DNA from: Calditrichia bacterium
GTDB taxonomy: Bacteria; Calditrichota; Calditrichia; JAJRVZ01
Assembly (NCBI GenBank): GCA_963777955.1
Contig: CAVZSQ010000019.1
Location: forward strand, 192,001-256,000
Direction of reading: 5' to 3'
DNA length: 64,000 bases
Under the pieces are notes generated by a model that ran no database searches, had not been told where the DNA came from, and saw only the letters and a program-made list of their open reading frames with translations. How positions within the stretch are numbered: position 1 is the stretch's first letter; each line of letters begins with the position of its first letter. Shown here one piece after another: positions 21,922 to 32,267 of the stretch. The translations under genes were made by a program, and so were the position numbers.

Positions 21922-22278
21922 TTAACCTGCTTTCTTCGTACCCACCGGTTTGGCTTTAAATACTATGGAAGTAATCAATTCGGTTAAAAAGCCATAGATT
22001 AAACCCATGACCAGGGTACCGACCATAATTCCGATATTATCTATCACCGGTAAAGCCATCGGAATACTGGCGATGAAACCGAGCACCAATCCATGTTGCC
22101 ACCAGACCAGGCGCAGGGCGCTGATCCCGATGGTAAATCCCAGCATGGTACGACCGATAATGATCATCCAGCGCTGCAGGAGTGTGATTTCACTATTGGA
22201 ACTGGCCAGTAGCATACATATAATACCAAAAATAAACCCACACAGTGTGGCGATAAGAACACGTTTCAAAGTCAACAT
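21922..22278 (-). CDS. Small hypothetical membrane protein (about 4 TM helices)
   Basis: Gly-rich hydrophobic helices; start MLTLKR after AGAGGAGG. Confidence 0.75.
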   Translation of the reverse strand: MLTLKRVLIATLCGFIFGIICMLLASSNSEITLLQRWMIIIGRTMLGFTIGISALRLVWWQHGLVLGFIASIPMALPVIDNIGIMVGTLVMGLIYGFLTELITSIVFKAKPVGTKKAG

Positions 22279-22325
22279 GTTATACCCTCCTCTATTAATG
22301 GCCAAAAGTTACTTAACAGGCAAAT

Positions 22326-22517
22326 TCATTTTTTTACCAGCAGGCGCTGAACAGGCAGCACGATGCCGAACAGGATGCCGAGTCGCAGCGAAAGGCTCCA
22401 GTCGATAATTCCAATCCCATGTACCAGGATTGAATACAAATAACTTATCAGCAGGCTTAACAAATAAACCAGAATGAAAATAATGATGAACTCCCGTAGA
22501 AATTCTTTAACACTCAC
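22326..22517 (-). CDS. Small hypothetical membrane protein (2 TM helices)
   Basis: 63 aa hydrophobic ORF, GTG start preceded by GGAGGA. Confidence 0.6.
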   Translation of the reverse strand: MSVKEFLREFIIIFILVYLLSLLISYLYSILVHGIGIIDWSLSLRLGILFGIVLPVQRLLVKK

Positions 22518-22648
22518 AGCGATTCCTCCACCTCTGCAATGTTACGGCGGCTGTGGAAATTATTGACGGTATGAAAACGGTCGAGAGTAGAATATAAGGA
22601 ACTATAAAATTATCACACAATAATTATTTATAAATCTTACAGTATCCC

Positions 22649-22909
22649 TTATTTCCTTTTTCTCTTTTTACTTGCGGTCAAAAGTGCTGCTTTTTTGAGC
22701 GATACCCGGCGTGCCTGAAACCGTGCACGATGGATCAACCGGCTGAATCTGCTCAAATCTGGAGGAGCCAGTACCTTTAACACCAGCATGTCTTTATCCC
22801 CCACGACGACAAATTCCATACCTGCTTTAAGTCCCATTTGATTCCGAACAGTTTCCGGAATGACAATTTGTCCCTTGGAGGACAATTTGGTAGTGGACAA
22901 ATTAGTCAT
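22649..22909 (-). CDS. AbrB/MazE/SpoVT family DNA-binding protein
   Basis: TTKLSSKGQIVIPETVRNQMGLKAG signature. Confidence 0.85.
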   Translation of the reverse strand: MTNLSTTKLSSKGQIVIPETVRNQMGLKAGMEFVVVGDKDMLVLKVLAPPDLSRFSRLIHRARFQARRVSLKKAALLTASKKRKRK

Positions 22910-23783
22910 TTTTATCCTTTTTAATAGGTACTATTCCGGCCATTTCTCCGATCACGTTCACCAGTTCCTGATCTGCCGGTACGATAATCTTGGTATTATT
23001 TTCCAGCGCGCTTTGCATGGTTTCCAGCCGTTTCAGTAACTGGGCGTTTCCGACAAAATATTTATTCGCCGCCTCGTTCACCAGCCGGATCGCTTCCGAC
23101 TGACCTTCAGATTCCAGGATCCGGGCCTGTTTTACACCTTCTGCTTTCTTAATGGCGGCTCTTTTTTCCCCGTCAGCAACAGTTTCAACCGCGGTGGCAT
23201 AATCGACCGCTGCAATCTTCTCATTCTCTGCCTTGACAATTTTATTCATGGTATCCTGCACATCCTTGGGCGGATCGATCTGTTTTAATTCTGCCCGCAC
23301 AATGTCAATTCCCCAGGAGGTGGTTTCCTTGATCAATACTTTGTGCAATTCATCATTAATTTTTCCTCTTTCACTGTTGGCAGATTTTAAGGTGAGAGTA
23401 CCGATAATATTCCTCAGGGTGGTGCGGGCCAGGGCAACGATCTGAGCAGTCACATTATTGACATTGTATTGACAATTTTTAACGTTTTCTTCATCCGGCC
23501 GGACCCGGAAATAAATCTGGGCATCAACCATGGCATTCAGATTGTCATTAGTGATGATTTCCTGGGGTGAGGCATCGACCATTTGTTCGGTGATATTGAC
23601 CCGGTACAGGTGGTCGATCACCGGAATGATCCAGTGAAAACCGGGATTGGCAAAATGATGATACTTACCAAGCCGTTCCACCAGACCGCGATTGGTCGGG
23701 CGTACGATGCGGATGCCAATCAGGAAAAAGAACAATACGATAAAACCGATGGTGCCCATCCAGTTATACAGGAATACTTCCAT
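22902..23783 (-). CDS. SPFH/band 7 (stomatin-like) membrane protein
   Basis: N-terminal TM; LVERLGKY, PGFHWIIP.ID, QEIITNDN, TTLRNIIG, AEG motifs. Confidence 0.92.
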   Translation of the reverse strand: MEVFLYNWMGTIGFIVLFFFLIGIRIVRPTNRGLVERLGKYHHFANPGFHWIIPVIDHLYRVNITEQMVDASPQEIITNDNLNAMVDAQIYFRVRPDEENVKNCQYNVNNVTAQIVALARTTLRNIIGTLTLKSANSERGKINDELHKVLIKETTSWGIDIVRAELKQIDPPKDVQDTMNKIVKAENEKIAAVDYATAVETVADGEKRAAIKKAEGVKQARILESEGQSEAIRLVNEAANKYFVGNAQLLKRLETMQSALENNTKIIVPADQELVNVIGEMAGIVPIKKDKND

Positions 23784-24075
23784 TCCAACCTCCTCTGTAT
23801 TAATTTATTAATCACGGAAACGTCAAAATATGATATCATATTTTCTTGAAAACCCATGTTAAATATACAATATGAATAAATGACTATAAATCGATTTATT
23901 CAGAAAAAACTTGTATTTTTTAAGCAATCTCCCAGCCAGCTTATTATATTAATCGCCGGGCGTATACCAGACTATCTTTCAGGACAGATTTTTGACTGCC
24001 TTTTGACAACTCGATGACATTACTATAAAACTATTAAAATATATTGTCAGGTAGTTTATCGACCAGGAGAAAATT

Positions 24076-25170
24076 ATGAAAATTATAATATCTATCCTCT
24101 TAATAATACTGGGTATAACCTTTCCCTTAAAAAGCGACATTTTGCATCTGAACAATGGTGAAATGATCGCCGGACAATTGCTTGAAGTAACATCGGCCGG
24201 ATTAATTTTTGAAATACGAGCCGGATTAATCATTCAGGAATACAGAACCTTTCCCTGCGGCGATGTACTGCAGGTCATAGATGATTATGGAACAATGCTA
24301 TTTGAAAACAATCAACTTAAAGTCGAATATCTATCCGATTATTATAATCGTCTGCCACAAGCACCTTCACTTCCCTTCAGACTGGATACCCTCTATCTTA
24401 AGGACAATTCGATACTGCCGGTGTATATTAGCGAAATATCCGATGAATTTATTTTTTACCGGTCGGGTGATAAACGACAAAAAACAACGGGCCGACAATC
24501 CGTCCACCAGGTCGACCACATCAATGGAAATTCTGTCGAACAATACCGTCAGATTCATTGTTTCTATCCGGAAAAAAGGATCACGACCTTTCCAAGATTG
24601 GGGATCGAAATGGGCTATGGACTGATTTCAACTCATCTGGGCACACTTTCTAATTTAAAAGTAGACTCGTCAATAACAGGTATGAGTACAACAGAAACCC
24701 AGCAGTTTCGTGCAGTGAGCGATAACTACAACGGTATGCAAGTGGAATTATTCCTGGAGATAAATCCCTACCTTAGTATTCATGCCCTGGGTTATTACAT
24801 CGGCGGATTCAGTGGTTCGACTGTCGACGATTATGAACCGGAGCGAGACGAATCCTATTCTCTCGCCGCAACCGAAGTACATCTGACTTATCCTGAATAC
24901 TTTATCAAGCCCTGGGCGGGTCTGGGCTTTGCGTATCAATCAATTACCGTGATCAGCAATCTTGAAGGATTTGACGCCACCTGGCGATATCAATCAAATG
25001 CTTTCGATCTATCGGCAGGACTTGATCTAGCCATTTCACAAACTGTGCTTTTCTCCTTGTCCTGGCGCTCCATGTTGTTCCCTGAAAAACAGATAGATAA
25101 AAACCATCGCTATGGATCGATCAACCCGGCCAACCAGGTTTTGGGCGGTGGTCTAAAAATAATTTTTTAA
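24076..25170 (+). CDS. Hypothetical exported protein with probable C-terminal outer-membrane beta-barrel
   Basis: Signal peptide; two D.L.L.NG-type small domains; KPWAGLGFAY and terminal GGGLKIIF. Confidence 0.65.
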   Translation: MKIIISILLIILGITFPLKSDILHLNNGEMIAGQLLEVTSAGLIFEIRAGLIIQEYRTFPCGDVLQVIDDYGTMLFENNQLKVEYLSDYYNRLPQAPSLPFRLDTLYLKDNSILPVYISEISDEFIFYRSGDKRQKTTGRQSVHQVDHINGNSVEQYRQIHCFYPEKRITTFPRLGIEMGYGLISTHLGTLSNLKVDSSITGMSTTETQQFRAVSDNYNGMQVELFLEINPYLSIHALGYYIGGFSGSTVDDYEPERDESYSLAATEVHLTYPEYFIKPWAGLGFAYQSITVISNLEGFDATWRYQSNAFDLSAGLDLAISQTVLFSLSWRSMLFPEKQIDKNHRYGSINPANQVLGGGLKIIF

Positions 25171-25185
25171 AATGAGGTGATTAAA

Positions 25186-26755
25186 ATGAAAATATTAATC
25201 ATCGGCCTGATCCCCCTGTTACTCTTCGGTTGTCTCAAATATTCTTATCAACAAAAGATGAACTATACTGCGTTCGGTCGACAGATCGCCGAGACCGACA
25301 CGCTATCTTTCATTACTAAAAATGGGGACCAGTACTCATTACAGGTAGTGTCGGTATCTGCGCATGAAATACAGGGTCAGGGCAGGATGAAAAACCAATC
25401 TCATTCCTGGCAGGATTTTTCCGGAACCGTAGATCTGGACAGCATTGACATTCTGCTATATCAGAAAACAGCGGCCGCGCCACTTTTTGTTATTGCTGCC
25501 GGTGCAATAATAGTAGGAGAGATTTATCATTCCAGTTTATCCGGACCGGACGAACCAGCCTTGGAGATATCCTATCCCATGGGATCATCGTGTCCTTATA
25601 TTTATAGCAAAACCGATACAGGTTATTGCCTGGAAGCCGAAGCTTTCGGTACGGCGCTGGGCAGGGCCCTGGAAATAGAAACCAGCAGTTGTCTACCGGC
25701 GCTGAGTTTCAATGAGCCTGACCTGCAGATACGCATCAGCAATGAACGCTTAGAAACCCAGTATATCAATTCGGTATCACTGGCAGTGGTAACTCATCCA
25801 GCTGACGCTGTCGTGGTATTAGACAATGCCCAGATCTCCCTGGCTGGTATCACACTCCCAAAAACCGTTGCTGGCCATCGACCATTCCGGAAAGAATGTA
25901 ACCGCCCTGATTGATTCTGAAGACAGCAGATATTGGGAATCGGATCTGGCCAATATCACCTTTAATTCCTCACTTCAGGACGGCCTGGAATTGCGTTTCG
26001 CCCGGCCGGAAAACAGTGGCAACGCAGCTCTGCTAATTGATGCGATCAATACCGAACTGATCACCAGCGTCTATCAAAGTGTATTTAGTTTTCTGGGTGA
26101 CGACGCTTTATTATTTTTACATAAATTGGAAACCGACAGCAATATAATTGCTCTGATGCATAAATGGTTGCAGGATTGTGCACTGCACGTCTCTGTCTGG
26201 AATAACGGCCAATGGGAACCAGCTGGTTCCATTTTCCCCGAGGCCAATGCGGTACCCTTTCAACGCCTGGTTTACCTGCAGATTCCCGAATCAAGTTCTG
26301 CCGATAAAATTGTTCGTATCAGGTTGCATTCGTTGCCGGATGTGTGGAAAATAAACTCAATTACTCTGGATTGGATGCCGGAGCGGGCACGGGATATTCA
26401 AACCGTGCCCCTGCACCAGGCGGATGGACCAGGCGGCTTAAGCGGAAAAGAAATTTTATCACGGCAAGACCAGGATTATGCGGTACTTTTACCCGGGGAT
26501 AAAATTGATTTGTGGTTCGAAAATAAGGGGCTTATAAAAAGTCCGGCGGTCACAGCGGTGCTCGCAGTAAGCGGTTATCTGCATGAATGGTTGCGGCAGG
26601 ATGATACTATTAATACTTTTTCCCTGGGCGCCGCAGGTATTTGGGGGAACGATCGTTTAGCTGCTTTGACCTATTTAATGAACGAAAAGCGACTATTATT
26701 ACCGCCCATCTATTCCGATTGGAAAAATCACAAACTGCAAAAAAGTGTACGATAG
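25186..26755 (+). CDS. Hypothetical lipoprotein (+1 frameshift near 25830)
   Basis: Lipobox LLFGC; overlapping ORFs 25177-25914 and 25826-26755; SCPYIY...E..YIN...L..V.HP segment and C-terminal GYLHEW. Confidence 0.65.
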
Positions 26756-27098
26756 CATCAGGAACAATCCTGATCAATAAGTATTTGTGTTAACTAGTTT
26801 AATCTGGATAGTATACTATACGATTTAACCGTTGTGCTGTTCTTCAGCGATCCCACCAAAAGACTCATAATAATATTTAATAATAATTATATTTTTTTTG
26901 TTTAAAAATAAATTCTTCATTATATTTTTAGCAAGCAATTAAACATTCGCGGTTGAGGAATTTTAATGCAGTTTGTTTTTCCAGACCAATACATGATTTT
27001 CAACCTTACACATTTACAATTAAAAATATCGAAGCAATAGGTTATGCCAGGGGGATAGACCCGCCTTGCCATAATTCATAATATACATGGAATCTACT

Positions 27099-27116
27099 TC
27101 GTGAATAAATTAACAT
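27099..27116. promoter_or_regulatory. Candidate Rex (NADH-sensing repressor) operator
   Basis: TCGTGAA-TAAA-TTAACAT vs consensus TTGTGAA-N4-TTCACAA (11/14), 14 nt upstream of the hdrA-like start. Confidence 0.5.
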
Positions 27117-27130
27117 AGAAGGAAAGAGGC

Positions 27131-28948
27131 ATGGATATCAAAAAAGTAACGGGAATTATTTTTACCGATAGTACTAACGGCTACGCTCCTGCTTATGACC
27201 TTTCCACACTTGTCAGTTATGCCCGGCAACTTGACGGAGTCAAGCTGGTCTGGAACACCACTGACTTGCCGATGTCCAATGTTCAGCAGATGGCCGAAAA
27301 AATCAAGGAACATGGATTAAATTACCTGATTCTGGCCGGTGATCTTCCGGGTCTGCAAAAAACCTTCTTTGCCAGCGCGATGATAACCGCAGGCCAGGAT
27401 CCGCTGCAGATCTTCCTGGCCAGTTTTCTTGAATACGGTGTCGTTTCCCCTGCTGAGACTGAACGGGCCAAAGCAATCCTCTATTGTGCAGTCAGAGGTC
27501 TGCGTTTTGAACAGGCAGCTCTACCCAAAGAAACACCTGTTCATCCCGACACTCTGGTTATCGGTGCAGGCATTGCCGGAATTCAGGCTGCTCTGGAGAT
27601 AGCCAATGGCGGGCAAAAAGTATATCTGCTGGAAAAAACCGGAACAATCGGCGGACATATGGCCATGTTCGATAAAACCTTCCCTACCCTGGATTGTGCA
27701 GCCTGTATCCTGACACCCAAGATGGTGGAGGTAGGTCAGCATCCCCTGATCGATCTTTTGACCTATTCCGAGGTGCAAAAAGTGAGCGGCCGGCCCGGCG
27801 AATATAAGGTGAAAATATTAAAAAAAGCCCGGCGGGTAAATATAGCCACCTGCATTGGTTGCGGTACCTGCACGGAAAAATGTCCGGCTACCGCCCCGAG
27901 CGAATTCGATGCCGCTACCAGTCTGCGCAAAGCTATCTATATCCCCTTTCCGCAGGCCGTACCCAATAAATACCTGATCGACGAAAAAAGTTGTATTTAC
28001 CTGGACCGCGGTAAATGCGGAGTCTGCGTAAAAGTATGCCCGGTACCCGATTGTATCAATCTGGACGAAAAGGACGAAGAGGTCGAGTTAACCGTCGGCA
28101 ACATTATCGTGGCCACCGGATTTCAAATATTCGATGCCCACCGTGCAGAACAATTCGGTTACGGCAAATTCCCTAATGTCATCACCTCGCTGGAGCTGGA
28201 ACGTCTGGTCAATGCCGCCGGTCCGACCGGAGGCGTTATTCACTTTCGTTCCAAAGACAAACGGGATAACTGGATTTTCTCCCCGGAAAACGATCAACCG
28301 CAAAGCATCGCCCTGATCCATTGCATCGGCAGCCGTGATGAAAACTTTCATAAATATTGCTCCAAGGTTTGCTGCATGTACTCGCTCAAGCTGGCCCACC
28401 TGATCCGTGAAAAACTTCCGACGGCAGAGATCAGCGAATTTTTTATTGACATGCGTGCCTTTGGCAAAGGTTATGAAGAATTTTATGAACGCATCAAGGA
28501 AGAGGGTATAAATATTATCCGCGGTCGCACAGCCAAAGTTGAACAATCCAATGGCCAACTGTTATTGCGCACTGAAGATATCCTGCACAATCGCCTGCTG
28601 GAAACAAAGGTGGATATGGTTGTGCTGGCGGTGGGCTTGGAACCTCGTGAAGATGCACAGAAGATAAGCGACCTGTTAGGTATTCCCTGCAGCGCAGAAG
28701 GCTGGTTCCGGGAAGCAAACATAATCAGCGATCCGGTAAACACTTTTAGCGGGGGCATCTCCATAGCCGGAGTATGCCAGGGTCCCAAAGATATTCCCGA
28801 TACAGTGGCCCAGGCTTCCGCTGCCGCATCACGGGTGCTGCAAAGTATCATCAATGGAAACGTCAAAGAAAGTATCAAGGATTTAACTTTACAGAATGTC
28901 GAAACTCAGGCTAATCAAATTTCAACCAGAGTGGAGAACCAATCATGA
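27131..28948 (+). CDS. hdrA: HdrA-like flavoprotein 1 (FAD, inserted 2x[4Fe-4S] domain, Cys-less N-terminal domain, no C-terminal ferredoxin domain)
   Basis: VIGAGIAG, DKTFPTLDCAACIL, CIGCGTCTEKCP, CIYLDRGKCGVCVKVCP, CIGSRD..YCSKVCCMYSLK, GPKDIPD. Confidence 0.92.
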   Translation: MDIKKVTGIIFTDSTNGYAPAYDLSTLVSYARQLDGVKLVWNTTDLPMSNVQQMAEKIKEHGLNYLILAGDLPGLQKTFFASAMITAGQDPLQIFLASFLEYGVVSPAETERAKAILYCAVRGLRFEQAALPKETPVHPDTLVIGAGIAGIQAALEIANGGQKVYLLEKTGTIGGHMAMFDKTFPTLDCAACILTPKMVEVGQHPLIDLLTYSEVQKVSGRPGEYKVKILKKARRVNIATCIGCGTCTEKCPATAPSEFDAATSLRKAIYIPFPQAVPNKYLIDEKSCIYLDRGKCGVCVKVCPVPDCINLDEKDEEVELTVGNIIVATGFQIFDAHRAEQFGYGKFPNVITSLELERLVNAAGPTGGVIHFRSKDKRDNWIFSPENDQPQSIALIHCIGSRDENFHKYCSKVCCMYSLKLAHLIREKLPTAEISEFFIDMRAFGKGYEEFYERIKEEGINIIRGRTAKVEQSNGQLLLRTEDILHNRLLETKVDMVVLAVGLEPREDAQKISDLLGIPCSAEGWFREANIISDPVNTFSGGISIAGVCQGPKDIPDTVAQASAAASRVLQSIINGNVKESIKDLTLQNVETQANQISTRVENQS

Positions 28949-30075
28949 ATATCCGCGTTAATCCCGATTTTCCTGCAGAATTAAAAAAGTACGGCAAGGG
29001 CGAATGGAATGACTGTTTCCATTGCGGTAATTGTACCGCTATTTGTCCCCTGACCGAAAATAATAATCTTTTTCCCAGACGAAGCATCCGCCTGCTGCAG
29101 ATGGGTTTAAGCGACCAACTGGCCTTAAATGTTGACCCCTGGTTGTGTTATTATTGCGGGGACTGCTCAAAAACATGCCCCCGTAATGCCAATCCGGGCG
29201 AGTTGATGATGAGTTTAAGGCGGTATTTGACTTCCATCTATGACTGGACCGGCCTTTCCAAAAGGTTTTATACCACCAAATTCTGGGAATTTGGTATGAT
29301 TATCTTTCTGTCTCTGTTGGTAATCAGCCTTTTTGCCTTCGCGCTGCCGCCTCTGGATCCGACACTGACCCCGCAGGGGGGTGTAAAAATAAATCAATTC
29401 GCTCCGGTGGAATGGATTGAGATCGGCGATTGGACAATGGCCGTCATTGTCGCTGCCCTGCTGATCTCAAATATTCTGCATATGTACTATAAAGTGATAC
29501 TATCGGATAAATCTATCAAGATACCGTTCCTGTACTACTTTAAAGAATTCTGGCTGCTGATCGTTCATTTCCTGACTCAGTTGCGTTTTTCCAAATGCGA
29601 TGCCGAAGGTAAAAGATACTGGTTTGGTCACTGGCTGCTCATGTCCGGTTACACGATCATGTTCACTGTAATCGTTGTCTTCTTACCATGGTTTCAGACT
29701 GAAGAGATACATCCGCTGTATCATCCCCAGCGCTTCCTGGGTTATTATGCAACATTCGGATTGTTATTTGGATTGGTATTCGCCTTGATTGGCCGCATAA
29801 AGAAAACCAGCGAAAAATTCAAATTTTCTCACTTCAGTGACTGGTTTTTCATCATCATGCTGATCATGACCACGGTTACCGGTATTATGGTGCATATCTT
29901 CAGGGTCAACGGCATGCCGGCGGCCACTTATTATACCTATATTGCTCATCTGGCGATTCTGGTGCCGATGATCATGATCGAAGTACCATTTTCTAAATGG
30001 TCGCACCTGGCTTACCGTCCTTTTGCGGTTTATTTTTCCAATTTAAAAAATACAGCCCTGGCACAACAAAAATAA
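28945..30075 (+). CDS. QmoC-like subunit: HdrC-like 2x[4Fe-4S] domain fused to an HdrE/NarI-like membrane cytochrome b domain
   Basis: CFHCGNCTAICP, PWLCYYCGDCSKTCPR; about 6 TM helices with His in GHWL, VHIF, AHLA and PFSKWSHLAYRP. Confidence 0.85.
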   Translation: MNIRVNPDFPAELKKYGKGEWNDCFHCGNCTAICPLTENNNLFPRRSIRLLQMGLSDQLALNVDPWLCYYCGDCSKTCPRNANPGELMMSLRRYLTSIYDWTGLSKRFYTTKFWEFGMIIFLSLLVISLFAFALPPLDPTLTPQGGVKINQFAPVEWIEIGDWTMAVIVAALLISNILHMYYKVILSDKSIKIPFLYYFKEFWLLIVHFLTQLRFSKCDAEGKRYWFGHWLLMSGYTIMFTVIVVFLPWFQTEEIHPLYHPQRFLGYYATFGLLFGLVFALIGRIKKTSEKFKFSHFSDWFFIIMLIMTTVTGIMVHIFRVNGMPAATYYTYIAHLAILVPMIMIEVPFSKWSHLAYRPFAVYFSNLKNTALAQQK

Positions 30076-31831
30076 ATGAATGAGGATAAAATGGAAGAAC
30101 CTAGAATAGGGGTTTATGTCTGCTGGTGCGGTTCGAATATTGCTAAAATGGTCGATGTGCAGGACGTGGCAAAATTCATCGCTAAACTGCCCGGTGTCAT
30201 AATCGCCCGTGATTATAAATACATGTGTTCGGATCCCGGTCAGGATATGGTTATTAAAGATATTAAAGAATTTAAACTGAACCGGGTGGTGGTTTCCGCC
30301 TGTTCTCCGCGAATTCATGAAATCACTTTCCGTAAAGCCCTGGAGAACGCCGGTTTAAATCCCTATATGTTCGAGATGGCCAATATCCGCGAACAGGACT
30401 CCTGGGTGCATGAAAACCGGGTGGAAGCGACACATAAAGCCAAGTCGCTGGTAGCTCGCCGCCGTTTACCGGGTCAAACATCACGAAGCGCTGGACAAGC
30501 GGACGGTGGATATCAATCCGGCCACATTGATCATCGGTGGCGGTATCGCCGGTATCTCGGCAGCTCTGGAGATTGCCAATGCCGGCAAAAAGGTTTTTCT
30601 GATCGAAAAGACAGGTGAACTGGGTGGAAATTTAACCCGCGTCGATCTTACCTTCCCCTATCTGTACAGTGCTCAGCAAATACTGAATCCGATCATCGCA
30701 CAGGTAAAAAAACATCCCAATATTTCTATTTTTCTGAACAGCACTATTGATGAAGTGTACGGATATGTGGGAAATTTCGAGACAACTTTGAAAAATCAAA
30801 ATGGCCAGGATCTGCTATTAAAATTCGGAAATGTCATCGTGGCGACCGGCCTGAAACCATTTGATCCGGCCGTGATCCCCGAATATAATTACGGCAAACT
30901 GCCGGATATCATTACCTCTTACGAATTCGAGCGTATGCTGCTAAGCGGGCAGATCCTTAGCAAAGCAGGAAAGATCCCTAAAAATATTGCCATCATCCAT
31001 TGCGTGGGCAGCCGGAATCCCAAATATCATCCGTACTGTTCCCGCACCTGTTGTTTGACTGCGCTCAAGTATTCCAACCAGATCCGCTCAGCCCTGCCGG
31101 ATGCGAATATCTATCAATTGTATGCTGACATGCGGTCTATGGGCAAAGGCTGCGAGGAATTATATACCCGTACTTCCAGGCAGGGGGTTATGTTCCTGAT
31201 GTTTGATCAGAAACGCAATTTGCCGCGAGTGCGCAAAGCGGATACGCACGATAACTGCAGTATGGTAATCGAAATGAATGAATTATTGTCTGGTGAAACT
31301 GTGGAGGTCCCTGCGGATCTGGTCATCCTGATGGTCAACATGGAAGCGCATGATGATTCAGCGGACGTGGCCCATGCGGTCGGTGTGAGTAAATGCGGCA
31401 ATGATTTCTATATTGAGAAACATCCCAAACTGGATCCGGTGGCCACTACCACCGATGGTGTATATATCGCCGGCAACTGTCAGAGCCCCAAGCACATTCC
31501 TGATTCCATTGCGCAGGCTAAAGCGGCTGCAGCCCGCATCCTGGCCACTATCAAGGTTGCCTCGGTTAATGTAGAAGTGACCACCGCCCAGGTGAATGAA
31601 GATATTTGCTGCGGCTGCCAGACCTGCATAAAAGTCTGCCCGTATACAGCGATCAGTTACCTGGCGGACAAGAAAGTTTCTTTTGTTAATGATATCCTGT
31701 GTAAAGGGTGCGGAACATGCGGATCGGCCTGTCCGACCGGTGCCATTCGCAGCAGGCATTTCACCGATCAACAGATCATGTCCGAAATCGAAGGTATCCT
31801 GCAATTTGAAATGGAGGAGGCTGTACCATGA
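30076..31831 (+). CDS. hdrA: HdrA-like flavoprotein 2 (N-terminal Fe-S domain, FAD, C-terminal 2x[4Fe-4S], no inserted ferredoxin; +1 frameshift near 30457)
   Basis: [65 protein letters not shown] and [12 protein letters not shown]. Confidence 0.9.
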
Positions 31832-32253
31832 GTTTTCGACCCACGATCATATCCTTTCTGTGCAACTGGTGTTCCTATACGGGTGCGGATCTGGCCGGAA
31901 CTTCGCGTATGAAATATTCTTCAAATATCCGGGTGATCCGGGTAATGTGTTCAGGCCGTATTGACCCTACTTTTGTTTTGAAAGCCCTGCGCGAAGGAGC
32001 GGACGGTGTTTTAATCTGCGGATGTCATCCCGGTGATTGTCATTATCATGAGGGTAATTATAAATGCCTGCGCCGCTTCCACCTGTTACAAAAATATCTC
32101 GAACAGATGGGAATCAATAAAGAGCGTATACGCCTGGAATGGGTCAGCGCCTCCGAAGGGAAACGATTCGCTGAAGTTGTAAACAGCATGACCGAGACCA
32201 TAAAAAAACTGGGTCCGTGCGAAGTTCGTCAAACCATGGAAAAACTAAATTAG
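31828..32253 (+). CDS. mvhD: MvhD [2Fe-2S] subunit
   Basis: [39 protein letters not shown]. Confidence 0.96.
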   Translation: MSFRPTIISFLCNWCSYTGADLAGTSRMKYSSNIRVIRVMCSGRIDPTFVLKALREGADGVLICGCHPGDCHYHEGNYKCLRRFHLLQKYLEQMGINKERIRLEWVSASEGKRFAEVVNSMTETIKKLGPCEVRQTMEKLN

Positions 32254-32267
32254 CAGGGAGAACAAGG

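Noticed and set aside
21685..21987. 100-aa plus-strand ORF upstream of hisG
   Set aside because: Antisense shadow of the his leader, attenuator and promoter
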